DNA of 63,030 nucleotides, filler included, from Deltaproteobacteria bacterium (GTDB taxonomy: Bacteria; JAUYMQ01): NCBI GenBank assembly GCA_030698575.1. It is 7 parts of 7 records of this genome, joined end to end, with 100 filler letters (N's around TTAATTAATTAA, not from the genome) between each part and the next. Parts side by side here need not be neighbours in the genome. Positions count along the whole stretch, not along the records: positions 1 to 6,388 come from JAUYMQ010000344.1; positions 6,489 to 19,998 come from JAUYMQ010000366.1; 5 more parts are not named here. One strand, written 5' to 3'. Positions 1 to 9,718 of this stretch are shown here, piece after piece (the stretch's first letter is position 1; each line of letters begins with the position of its first letter). The notes under the pieces are model-generated. The model was not told the DNA's origin, did not search any database, and worked only from the letters and a program-made list of their open reading frames with translations. Position numbers and translations under genes: made by a program.

Positions 1-99
1 GCCGTCGGTAATGCTCCGAAGCCATTTTTTCCGGTGAAGGACGGCCACTCCGGTCGTCGACCCGACAGCCCTCGAATCGCTCCGGGGACGTCCACATGT

Positions 100-117
100 T
101 GTAACCGAAATGTTACC
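100..117 (+). promoter_or_regulatory. Candidate regulator-binding site upstream of the cydA-like/nxrA operon
   Basis: TGTAACC (100-106) and TGTTACC (111-117) are direct repeats 11 bp apart. The same bases form the inverted repeat GTAAC-N6-GTTAC. Confidence 0.3.
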
Positions 118-162
118 TCCTCTTGCTAACCAACCGATGTCGTTCCTGCGGAGGACAGATCA

Positions 163-432
163 GTGAATGCCCGCGAGATGGCGGGAGAGAGCAAGTCGAT
201 GTCGTTTGTGGCGCGTATCTGGTTGGAACGCGGCCATAACGGAGAGCCCGTCTGGCGAGGGCATATCAAGCACGTTCAGGGCGGCGAGGAAAGCTACTTT
301 CAGGATCTTGGGGAGATGAACGAGTTTCTCGAACGCGTTAGCGGCATTCCCGGACCGTCAGCGGCAAGCGAATCCGGGGCCCATGCCTCTCCGCCATCCG
401 GCTCCGTCGCCAGAAGAAAGCGAAAGGTATGA
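163..432 (+). CDS. Small conserved-looking hypothetical protein, first gene of the nxr-like operon
   Basis: 89-aa ORF with GGAGGA RBS upstream. Pattern SFVARIWLE...WRGHIKHVQ...YF. Stop overlaps the next ATG (ATGA). Confidence 0.7.
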   Translation: MNAREMAGESKSMSFVARIWLERGHNGEPVWRGHIKHVQGGEESYFQDLGEMNEFLERVSGIPGPSAASESGAHASPPSGSVARRKRKV

Positions 433-2231
433 GGGAGACCGTGGTTATGGCGTGCGCGCGGAGGCTCGTCACTCGATACCTCTTTGTTGTTACGGCCGTC
501 GCCGCCGTCTTCGAGGCCGGCGTCGCCGCCGCACAGGGGGCGCCGCTGGCACCCGAATATGCCGCCCCTGCCTTGATGGACAGCCGGCTCGTGGTGTGGG
601 TCGCGGCTCAGCTACATCTCGACTTCGCCGCCTTCGTGTTGGCGGTGCCGATGTTCGCTCTGGTGATCGAGTTCTTCGGCTGGCGCATGGCCAAGCACGA
701 CGCGGCGGCGGCCACCCGGTACGACTGGCTGGCGCACGAGATGGCCCGTTTGCTCCCCGCGGCGTACTCCTTGACCGCCATTACGGGGGCGCTTCTCGGG
801 TTTATTCTGTTCAGCGCCTACCCGCGGTTCATGGGGTATCTCACGAATACGTTCGGGCCGACGTTCGTGGTCTATCCGCTATTCTTCGTCGCCGAAACGC
901 TGTGCCTCTACTTCTGGTACTACGCGTGGGACCGACTGCAGGGCGACCGCAAGTGGGCGCACTTGGTCTTGGGCCTGTTCCTCAACATCTTCGGCACGAT
1001 TGTCATGTTCATCGCCGATGCCTGGGCGACGTTCATGATGACGCCGACCGGGGTGGACCATCAGGGCGCGCTCGTCAGCCTCTATGACGCGGTGTGGAAC
1101 CCGGGCTGGATGCCGCTCAACATCCACCGCCTGATCGCCAACATCACCTTCGGCGCGCTGCTTTGCGCCGCATACGCCGCTTACCGATTCTTGAGCGCTC
1201 GTACGGAGAACGAGAGGGCCCTCTATGATTGGATGGGGTACACGGGCAACCTGATCGCTCTCTTCACCATGCTCTTCCTGCCCTTCGCGGGGTACTACTT
1301 CGGCTTCGAGCTCTTCGCCTTCTCGGCCACCTATGGCGTGACGCTGATGGGCGGGGTGCTCTCGTGGCTGTTCATTATCCAGGCCATCGTCATTGCCATC
1401 CTGTTCATTGGTGCGGCCTATTACGCCTGGCTCGGGCTCCTGCGAATCCCCGGCTCCGAACCCCAGCGGCGTTGGATACCGGCCTTCAACGTCATTCTCA
1501 TTCTCGGGTTCATGGTATGGGCGACGCCGCACACCATGGCTGCCTCGATCGAGGAATCGACCGGGCAGTTCCACCCGCTCCTCGGCGCCCTCGGCCTCAT
1601 GGCGCCGAAGATGATCGCGGTGACGCTTGTCCTCGTGGTGCTCTACGTGAGCTATCTCCTCTATCGACGGGCCGGCAAGGTTCTGACTGTTCCCTGGGCG
1701 CGGACGGGCACCATAGTGGAATGGGGCTTGGTCGGTCTGACGGCTTTCGCCATCACGGCGCTCGGAGTCTACGGCTACTTCGCCCCTGCCGACGTCCGGA
1801 TCGCCACCTCCATTTGGCAAATCGTCGTGCTCATCGCCGGCATCGTCGTCACTTTTGTTCTGGATCTGCTCCTGCTCCGCGGATCGCGAACGGTCGCCGA
1901 GGTGCGCTGGGGCAGCATGCCCCGGCGCGGTCAATACGTTCTCGTCACGTTGGCCTTCGTCATCGTCTGGCTAATGGGGCTGATGGGCTATGCGCGGAGC
2001 GGAGCACGCCTCAACTGGCACGTCTTCGGCATCGTGCAGGACACATCCGCGAGCGCCGGCCTTCCCACCCTGGGAGAGGCGGCGATCATGGTCACCTTGA
2101 TCACTGTCGTTTTCTTCGCGTTGCTCGCGATAGCCTTTGCGATCTCGGCCATGGCGGAGAGGGGCGCGCCGCCGCGCCTCGCGCCGGGGACTCGTGAGCC
2201 TGCGGCGACTTCGGAAGGAGTTCGAACGTGA
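429..2231 (+). CDS. Cytochrome bd ubiquinol oxidase subunit I-like (CydA-like) integral membrane protein, Nitrospira/anammox 'bd-like' type
   Basis: 600 aa with many TM helices. CydA-like His motifs AQLHLDFAAFVLAVP and PLNIHRLIAN. C-terminal MGYARSGARLNWHV replaces canonical GRQPW. Confidence 0.8.
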   Translation: MRETVVMACARRLVTRYLFVVTAVAAVFEAGVAAAQGAPLAPEYAAPALMDSRLVVWVAAQLHLDFAAFVLAVPMFALVIEFFGWRMAKHDAAAATRYDWLAHEMARLLPAAYSLTAITGALLGFILFSAYPRFMGYLTNTFGPTFVVYPLFFVAETLCLYFWYYAWDRLQGDRKWAHLVLGLFLNIFGTIVMFIADAWATFMMTPTGVDHQGALVSLYDAVWNPGWMPLNIHRLIANITFGALLCAAYAAYRFLSARTENERALYDWMGYTGNLIALFTMLFLPFAGYYFGFELFAFSATYGVTLMGGVLSWLFIIQAIVIAILFIGAAYYAWLGLLRIPGSEPQRRWIPAFNVILILGFMVWATPHTMAASIEESTGQFHPLLGALGLMAPKMIAVTLVLVVLYVSYLLYRRAGKVLTVPWARTGTIVEWGLVGLTAFAITALGVYGYFAPADVRIATSIWQIVVLIAGIVVTFVLDLLLLRGSRTVAEVRWGSMPRRGQYVLVTLAFVIVWLMGLMGYARSGARLNWHVFGIVQDTSASAGLPTLGEAAIMVTLITVVFFALLAIAFAISAMAERGAPPRLAPGTREPAATSEGVRT

Positions 2232-3064
2232 GTCGGACATCTTCCTATGCGGCGGCGACCTTGCCGGCCCTGATCGTGCTTGGCTTCATCGTCTGGTTCG
2301 CCAACTGGATCCCACAGACCCGCTGGGAGCCGCCAAAGACGAGGCAGATCACGGCGGCGATGTCGCCTTCCCAACTTGCGGGACTCGGCAAGGCGATTGT
2401 TCGCGAAAGGGGCTGCCTCGCCTGCCACACGATCGAGCCCGGTGTCGGCGTCAAGGGCCATGGGCGAGGCCCTAATCTCGCCAATATTGCGGCGCGGCGA
2501 GTCCAAGGTGTCCCTGGCGGCCCGGGCAACTTGGTCGAATATTTGGCCCAGGCCCTCTATGAGCCCGGAGCGTATCTGGTCGAGGGGTACGCCGGCATCA
2601 TGCCCTCTTCCGTGCGGGCTCCGGCCAAGCTCAACTACGAAGAAGTAACAGCCGCCGTCGCCTACCTCCAGTCCCTGGGCGGCAAGCCGACGGCGCGGGT
2701 GGGCGATTTGCCGCGACCGCCGGCCGAGGCAGAAACAGCGAGGACGACCCAGGGGGAAGGGACGGCAGGTGCGACCGATCCCAAGGACATTCTCACCAAG
2801 TTCGATTGTCTCACTTGCCACAGCCTGAAACCCGGCGAAGTGCTCGTCGGGCCGCCCTTCGAGACGACGTTATTGAAAAAGGCTGCGGCCGCGCGGGGTG
2901 TGACCCCCGAAGCCTACATCATGGAATCGATCATTGATCCGCGTGCCGTGGAAGTGGGCGACTTTCCCAAGGAGACGATGCCCGACGACTACGGGAAACG
3001 CTTGACCGCCGCGCAAATTTACGCGCTGACGCGCTATCTGATCGAGCCGGAGAAGAAGAAATGA
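2228..3064 (+). CDS. Membrane-anchored diheme cytochrome c
   Basis: N-terminal TM helix. Two CxxCH motifs (CLACH, CLTCH), each followed by a candidate distal Met (IMP, TMP). GTGA overlap with the upstream gene. Confidence 0.85.
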   Translation: MSRTSSYAAATLPALIVLGFIVWFANWIPQTRWEPPKTRQITAAMSPSQLAGLGKAIVRERGCLACHTIEPGVGVKGHGRGPNLANIAARRVQGVPGGPGNLVEYLAQALYEPGAYLVEGYAGIMPSSVRAPAKLNYEEVTAAVAYLQSLGGKPTARVGDLPRPPAEAETARTTQGEGTAGATDPKDILTKFDCLTCHSLKPGEVLVGPPFETTLLKKAAAARGVTPEAYIMESIIDPRAVEVGDFPKETMPDDYGKRLTAAQIYALTRYLIEPEKKK

Positions 3065-3861
3065 ACGCCGACACGCAAAGCCGAAACCGGTTTTCCGTGC
3101 CGCTTCCCGTTGGCGCGCTACTAGTCGTCGTCCTCGTTTTCGTAATGCTGAAGCTGATTCGGCCGGTGATCCCCCAAAGCGTCATCCTCTTGTACATGGG
3201 CTTCGTGGTGCTCGGCGTCGTCATTCACCTCACGCTCGACGACGATCGCATAAGACGGTTCTGGAACTTCTTCGTTCGCGCTGGAGACGAAGGTCCGGTT
3301 CTGCGCGCCCAACGCTGGGCGCTCCTCGCGGTGCTGCCCCTGGTCGCGGGATGGTGGGCCTACGACGCCGTGCGGCCGCGGTATACGCCGCCGGTCGAGA
3401 TCTTCCAGCGGCATCCGACGGTCGGAGAGGAGGTCCTGGGCCGGATCCAGGTGCCGGAGTGGGCGGCGAATCCCGCGAAATGGCGCGCCGAAGACATCGC
3501 CGAAGGCAAGAAGCTCTATGCGGCTAACTGCGCCGTCTGCCACGGCGAGAAGCTCGACGGCAATGGTCCAGCGGCGGCCGGCTTCCGTTATCCGATCCGG
3601 CCCGCGGACTTTCGCGACGTGGGTACGATCGCGCAGCTGACGATGCGTTACGTGTACTGGCGGATGACGACGGGCGGCATCCAGAATCAATTCAACAGCC
3701 CGATGCCGCGCTGGGTAGCTTCCGCCGATGGCCCTCAGGTCTCCACGCTCCATAGTTACGATTTCACGCCCGAAGAAGGATGGAAGGTCATCATCTATCT
3801 TTATCGGGCAACGGGTTACGAGCCGCGCAAGGAAGAGCTGCGCGACTATAAGAGCCATTGA
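3061..3861 (+). CDS. Membrane-anchored monoheme cytochrome c
   Basis: Three N-terminal hydrophobic segments, one CAVCH, candidate distal Met (SPMPRW). ATGA overlap. Confidence 0.85.
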   Translation: MNADTQSRNRFSVPLPVGALLVVVLVFVMLKLIRPVIPQSVILLYMGFVVLGVVIHLTLDDDRIRRFWNFFVRAGDEGPVLRAQRWALLAVLPLVAGWWAYDAVRPRYTPPVEIFQRHPTVGEEVLGRIQVPEWAANPAKWRAEDIAEGKKLYAANCAVCHGEKLDGNGPAAAGFRYPIRPADFRDVGTIAQLTMRYVYWRMTTGGIQNQFNSPMPRWVASADGPQVSTLHSYDFTPEEGWKVIIYLYRATGYEPRKEELRDYKSH

Positions 3862-6388
3862 TGGCCGGGGAAGGGAACATGGCGGAGACACCGTCCGGGG
3901 ACGAGACGATGAAAACGCGAAAGATCAGTCGCAGACATTTGTTGATGGGAGCGGCGGGAGTCGCCGGCGCCGCGGCCGGGGCGCAAGCGTTGCGCGGCCT
4001 CGCGGCGGAGCCGGGCTTCGAAGGCCGCGCCCTGGCCGTGGTCGCGCAAATCGAAAACCCGCTGGAATACTACCCCGACCGCGACTGGGAGGAAGTCTAC
4101 CGTAACCAGTACGCTTACGACCGCACGTTCACCTTTATCTGCGCGCCCAACGATACCCACATGTGCCGCGTGCGGGCCTTCGTGCGCAACGGCGTCGTGA
4201 TCCGCCTCGAGCAGAACTACGACTACCAGAGGTACTCGGACCTTTACGGCAACAAGGCGACGTACGCCTGGAATCCACGCATGTGCCTCAAGGGCTATAC
4301 GATACACCGGCGGGTGTACGGCCCCTACCGGGCCAAGGGTCCGATGATCCGGAAGGGCTGGAGGCAATGGGCCGATGACGGCTTCCCCGCCCTTTCGGAC
4401 GATCCCGCGCTGCGCACGAAATACAGGTTCGATTCGCGGGGAACGGACGACTTCGTCCGCGTGTCCTGGGATGAAGCGGCCACCTACTTGGCCAAAGGCC
4501 TGATGGCGATCGCGCGCACCTACAGCGGTGAGGAAGGAAAACGACGGCTCATCGAGAAGGACGGTTATCCCGCCGAGATGCTCGAGCACTGGGAGGGCGC
4601 CGGCACGAGGACGATCAAACTCGGGAGTTCGCTGCCCATTCACGGTGTCATCGGAAAGTTCGGCCTCTTCCGGATGGCTAATCTGCTTGGTCTGGTGGAC
4701 GCGCATGTGCGTGGCGTAGGGCCGGGCGAGGCGAAAGGAGCGCGGGAGTGGTCGGAATACACCTGGCGGGGGGACCAGGCGCCAGGACAGCCGTTCGTGC
4801 ATGGTTTGCAGACTTCGGACATCGACCTCAACGACCTCCGCTTCACGAAGTTTACGGTTCAGGTCGGGAAGAACCTGATCGAGAACAAGATGCCGGAGGC
4901 GCACTGGCTGACGGAATTGATGGAACGCGGCGCCCGCATCGCCGTGATCGCGCCAGAGTACAATCCGGCGGCGACCAAAGCGGATTACTGGATATCGGTT
5001 CGGCCCGGCCTCTCGGATACGGCCATCTTTCTCCACGTGACCAAGGCCCTTATGGACAAGGGCTGGTATGACGCGCCGTTCGTCAAGCAGTTCACCGATT
5101 TCCCGCTGCTCGTACGGACCGATACCCTCAAACGGCTCAAGCCGGAGGACGTCATTCGCGGATACCGTAACAAGGACATCAGTCGCGGGCCCAGCTTCAC
5201 GATCCATGGGATGACTGCCGAGCAACGCGACCGTCTCGGCGATTTCGTCGTTTACGACCTCACATCGCGGGGTTTCAGGCCGATCAGCCGCGACGACGTG
5301 GGCCGCAAAATTGCAGACGCCGGCATCGACCCCGCGCTGGAGTGGAGGGGTCGTGTCACGCTCTTGGATGGGGCTGAGATCGAGGTGATGACGGTGTGGG
5401 AGATGTATCGGGAGCATCTCCGGGACTACGACCTCGATACCACGGCCGATATCTGCGGGGCGCCGAAAGAGCTGATCGAAAAGCTCGTCGAGGATTTCGG
5501 GCGTCGTTTCTGGGATCCTGACTTTGTCGGCAGGCCCCGCGAGGCCTACCCAGTGGCGATCCACTTCGGCGAGGGCATCAACCATTATTATCATGCGACA
5601 CTACACAATCGCGCGACCTTTCTGCCGCTGATGCTGATCGGCAGCGTCGGCTTCCACGGGGCAGGCGCGCATACCTGGGCCGGAAACTACAAGGGCGCGC
5701 TGCTACAGGGCTCCGGGTGGTCGGGGCCGGGTGTCGGCGGCGCCTGGGTGAAAGAAGACCCCTTTAATCAGGTGCTCGACCCGGATGGACAAATCCGACC
5801 CGAAAACATCCGCGAACTTCTGCATGGCGAGGAAATGAGCTACTGGGGCTTTGGCGATCGGCCCCTGATCGTCGACACGCCGGGAGAGGGGCGCAAGAAC
5901 TTCACGGGCCGAACCCACATGCCGTCGCCCACCAAGGCGATGTGGTACTGCAACGCCAACCTCATCAACCAGGCTAAATGGGTCTACCACCTTCTCGTCC
6001 ACGTTAATCCCAAGGTCGACCTTATCGTCGACCAGCAAGTCGAGTGGACGGGATCGGCCGAGTATTCCGACATTGTGCTGCCGGCGAATACCTGGCTCGA
6101 GTTCGAGGATCTCGAGTGCGGCGCCTCCTGCTCCAATCCCTTCCTCCAATTATGGGGCGGCAACGGGATCAAGCCGCTCTACGACTCCAAGGATGACGGG
6201 ATGATCTTCGCCCTCGTTTCGCAGAAGCTCACCGAGCTCACGAACGACCATCGATTCCGGGACCACTGGAAATTCGTCCTCGAGGGCAAGTCCCAAGTCT
6301 ACATCCAGCGGGTGTTCGACAACTGCACCACGACGAAGGGTTACAAGGTTTCCGACATCATGGAGGGCAAGTATGGGGAGCCGGGGGC
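3861..6388 (+). CDS. nxrA: Periplasmic nitrite oxidoreductase/nitrate reductase alpha subunit (type II DMSO reductase family, Nitrospira/anammox NxrA-like); 3' end cut by contig end
   Basis: Tat signal SRRHLL. N-terminal [19 protein letters not shown]0 motif C-x3-D-x3-C...C (CAPNDTHMC...PRMC). Mo-ligand region [19 protein letters not shown] and HTWAGNYK blocks. Alternative starts at 3879 and 3909. Confidence 0.85.
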
Positions 6389-6488
6389 NNNNNNNNNNNN
6401 NNNNNNNNNNNNNNNNNNNNNNNNNNNNNNNNTTAATTAATTAANNNNNNNNNNNNNNNNNNNNNNNNNNNNNNNNNNNNNNNNNNNN
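6389..6488. other. Artificial contig spacer
   Basis: N-run, TTAATTAATTAA (stops in all six frames), N-run; 100 bp. Confidence 0.98.
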
Positions 6489-9473
6489 CGAAGCCCCCGT
6501 CGTCCGATTCGAAGTCGGAGTAGAAGAGCTGCCCGTCGATCCCGACCCCCGTGCTGTCCGCGAAAAACACATTGACGGTCTGCGCCACCGTGTCCGTAAG
6601 ATCAATCGTCACCCTGCCCAGGGCGGAGCTCTGCACATTCGCCGTAGTGGTCCCGCCGCCGGAGACGAGCGTCCCCTCGGTCGCGGCGGCTGCAAATCGG
6701 GCGCTCCCGGTGGTCGTGAGCCGGAAGGGAACCCCCGCCTTCTCAACCGGGGTGCCGTCGCGGAGGCGGAGCTGCACGGTGACCGCTGCGGCAGACGGAC
6801 GGATTACCGGGCTGGCAGCCGTCAGCTCGGCCTGCGCAAGGACGGGGATCGGATCAGTGTTGTCCGGCCGGCCGTCGCCGTCCGTGTCCGTCCGGGTCGG
6901 GTCCGTAATGAATCCATCCACGCCGGGTATCGTCTCCTCCCCGTCGCCCAGCGTGTCGCCATCGCTGTCGGGGTTGCCCGCGTTCGTGCCGATCGCCAGC
7001 TCCTGCCTCGCCGTCAGGCCGTCGCCGTCGTGGTCGCTGTCCAGGTCGTTCGGATCGTTCGGATCGAGCCCGTTGGCCGTCTCGACCGAATCGGTCGCGC
7101 CGTCGCCGTCGGTGTCCAGGGACTGGTAGAGGATCTTCAACGGAACGTAGGGACTGGAGGACCTGGCGCTTCCTCCCTCCCCGGGCGCCATGTGGACCCT
7201 TAGCTCGGGGAAGCTGGTATTGGTCGCGAAGATCAGCTCGAAGGCGTAGAAGCCCGGCACGGGGAAGTTGACCGCCCGGTTCGTCCTGCCGGAGAAGCGG
7301 CTCGGGAAGTCCAGGACGTTCTTCCCGCCGATTCGCAGGCGCGTCGCGACCTGACAGCACTCATAGATCTGGAAGTCGATCGGGCCGGGCACGTCGACGC
7401 GGATGAAGCCCGAAAGCCGCGCCACGCCGGGGAACGCGTTCGGGAATCCCCCGTTGGAGCGGCTCAGGTTCAGGTCCCGGTTGATCATCTGCTCGACCAC
7501 CGAGACGACGCCCGGATCGCCGGGCTCCAGGAGGAGGGTCGCCTCGGCCTGGTCGAGGTCCGGCGCATCACAGCAGACCGAGCTCGTGCCGGTCTGGACG
7601 AAGCGCCCGTGGAGCCCGTCTCCATTGTGGATCGGCGCGACGGCGAAGGCGCTCGCCGGATCGAGGAAGGCCGCCGCGAGCAAGTCGAGCCCCACGGTCG
7701 TGCGCTGGACGTTCCCGTTCAGATCGCCGGCTTCGAAAACGAGGGCGGCGTCCGTGGCGAGGGGATCCACGAAGCGGATGAAGCTGTCGAAGCTGGCCGT
7801 GCCGTCCGGATGGACCGTGAGCGGGAAGTAACCCGTCACGTCGTACGTCGCCCCCACCGGGATCTGGCTCGACGGCCCGTAGAGCCGCAGCGTGACCTTC
7901 CAGCTCATGACGTCCAGCCCTGCGGCCAGCGTCTCCTCCACCACGCTTCCGGCAATGTGGAACATGTTCGGATCGGTGGGGAATCCGGTCGTCTGGACCG
8001 TGAGCTCGGGCTCCACCTGGTCGCCCCAGAAGATCACGTCCATCTGGGTCACGGCCGGCAGCAGCCCGCCGAAGGTCGGATCGGGAACGGTCCGCGAGAG
8101 GACGACGTTCTCCCCACTCGGGCGGCGCGCGAAATCGGGGAGCAGCGCGCGCAGATCCGTCCCGTCGCGGTTGATCCAGGCGCCGAGAAAGACCGGCATG
8201 GACAGATCGACGTCGTTCGGGTCGGTCGGATCGTAGCGGACGTCGGGAATCACGGTCGTCCGGGAGAGCGAGCGCCGGACGGCCTGGAGGAATTCCTTCG
8301 CCTTCGCCTCGTTCTCGAACTGCTCCGGCGCGATGACCAGCAGGTCGTCGTTCTGGGGGTCGGTCTCGGCGTCGAGGGCCTTGAGCCCGGCCAGCAGGTT
8401 GTCGATCCCCAGATATATGACCAGCCGGAGCGCCGACAGATCGGAGGTGGATACCAGGCGAAGGAAGTCGGGGTTGGCCAGGATCACGTCCTGCTGGACG
8501 TCCAGCGTGCGGTCATAGCCCCGCTGCACGAGGACATCGATAGCGCCCGGATCCAGGTTGTAGGAATTCCCGACGCGGATGGCGGCGTCGGCGAGATAGA
8601 GCGCGCCCAGGAGCACCTTCACGTCGGCAATGTCCACCTCCACCGGGCCAAGCCCCTCGCCGAGGCGGTCGGCCGGGAAGTGATAGACGAAACCCTTCTT
8701 GATCCGCCGGAGCTGGGCCTGCGCCAGGCGAATCTGGAGAAGGACGTTCCGGTCGGCGAAGCGCTGCACGTCCGGAATTCCGGGCGACGTCGGCGGAAGC
8801 TCAATCTGGCCGGCCGCGTTCATCGGCAGCATGGCCGTCCAGTCGAACAGAACGCGCCCCTCGGCGGGCATCCCGAGCGCGTCGAGGAACTCGCCGGCGG
8901 AGTCCAGAACGAACGGATTGGCCCCGGGAAGCGTGGGGTCGAGAAGAATCGCGATGCGCGTGAGGGCAAGAAGGAGTGCGGCAGGCTGGTTGCTGCGATC
9001 CAGCCTTGTGGCCTCGATGAAGGCGTCACGCGCCGCCAGGAGGTCGCGGCGCGCCATGAAATCGATCCCCAGTTCGATGTAGTCGTCGACGGAAACGGCT
9101 GTATCCACAGAGAAGGTCGACGTGGCGGTGAAGGTCTTGATGACGAACTGGAAGAGGAAGGGATCGAAAACCTCCCCCATGGCCGCGGCTTCGAGCACGT
9201 GCGGGCCCGGGCCAAGTCCGCCGAGAGTGGCGGTGGCTATTCCCAATCCCAGGGTGAAGTCGGAGTGACGTCGAAGCCGTCCAGCGTCACGACGAGCGTG
9301 GCCGGTTGAACCGGGTCCTTTAGTCCAATCCTGGCCGGCAGGCTCGTTTCGAAGTAGGTGTTGGAATTCGCGGGGAGAAGCACGCGGAGCGGTTCTGCGG
9401 CGTGAGCCTCGGGAAGGGCCCACGCTAGCGCAGCGGCGACCAGAACGGCCACCCACCGGGCCATTCGCGTCAT
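6489..9473 (-). CDS. Large secreted/surface protein (PA14-like domain, Ca-binding DxDxDG repeats, Ig-like domain); apparent 1-nt frameshift near 9265; 3' end cut by contig end
   Basis: Signal-peptide ORF 9473..9237 (MTRMARWVAVLVAAALAWALPEAHA) with AGAGGA RBS joins the long ORF at V-T/S-D-F-T-L-G if one base is added. Repeats DTDGDG, DHDGDG, DSDGDT, DTDGDG. Confidence 0.7.
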
Positions 9474-9549
9474 GCTGGATTTCCTCTTCTGCGCTGGCCT
9501 GAGTGAGCAACGCCGGCAGGAATCGCCGGAGCCCGCGCCGTATTAGCCA

Positions 9550-9565
9550 TGCAATCCCCGTGCCG
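9550..9565 (-). promoter_or_regulatory. Putative sigma54 (-24/-12) promoter for the surface-protein gene
   Basis: Minus strand CGGCACGGGGATTGCA (GG-N10-GC), about 77 bp upstream of ATG 9473. Confidence 0.6.
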
Positions 9566-9718
9566 ACGGAATCGCGGGATTGCGGATCCTTTCGGTCCGA
9601 ACGGAAGCGCTTCAATTCAAAGGACAATCGGAAAAGCGGGCCGAAGCCTGACACCCGGGTATGTCACCGGTCGACGGAAAGTATTTCTCAATAATGGAAA
9701 TTTATTTCTGCTAAGAGG

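Noticed and set aside
6389-6488. Recurring TTAATTAATTAA motif within N-runs (six times), and ORFs ending in X...LIN
   Set aside because: Artificial contig linker with six-frame stops. It is not biological, and no synteny can be inferred across it.
6855-7120. Repeated GTCGCCGTC-like units resembling a CRISPR or tandem array
   Set aside because: They encode DxDGDG calcium-binding repeats. There is no constant repeat-spacer period and no cas gene in the window.
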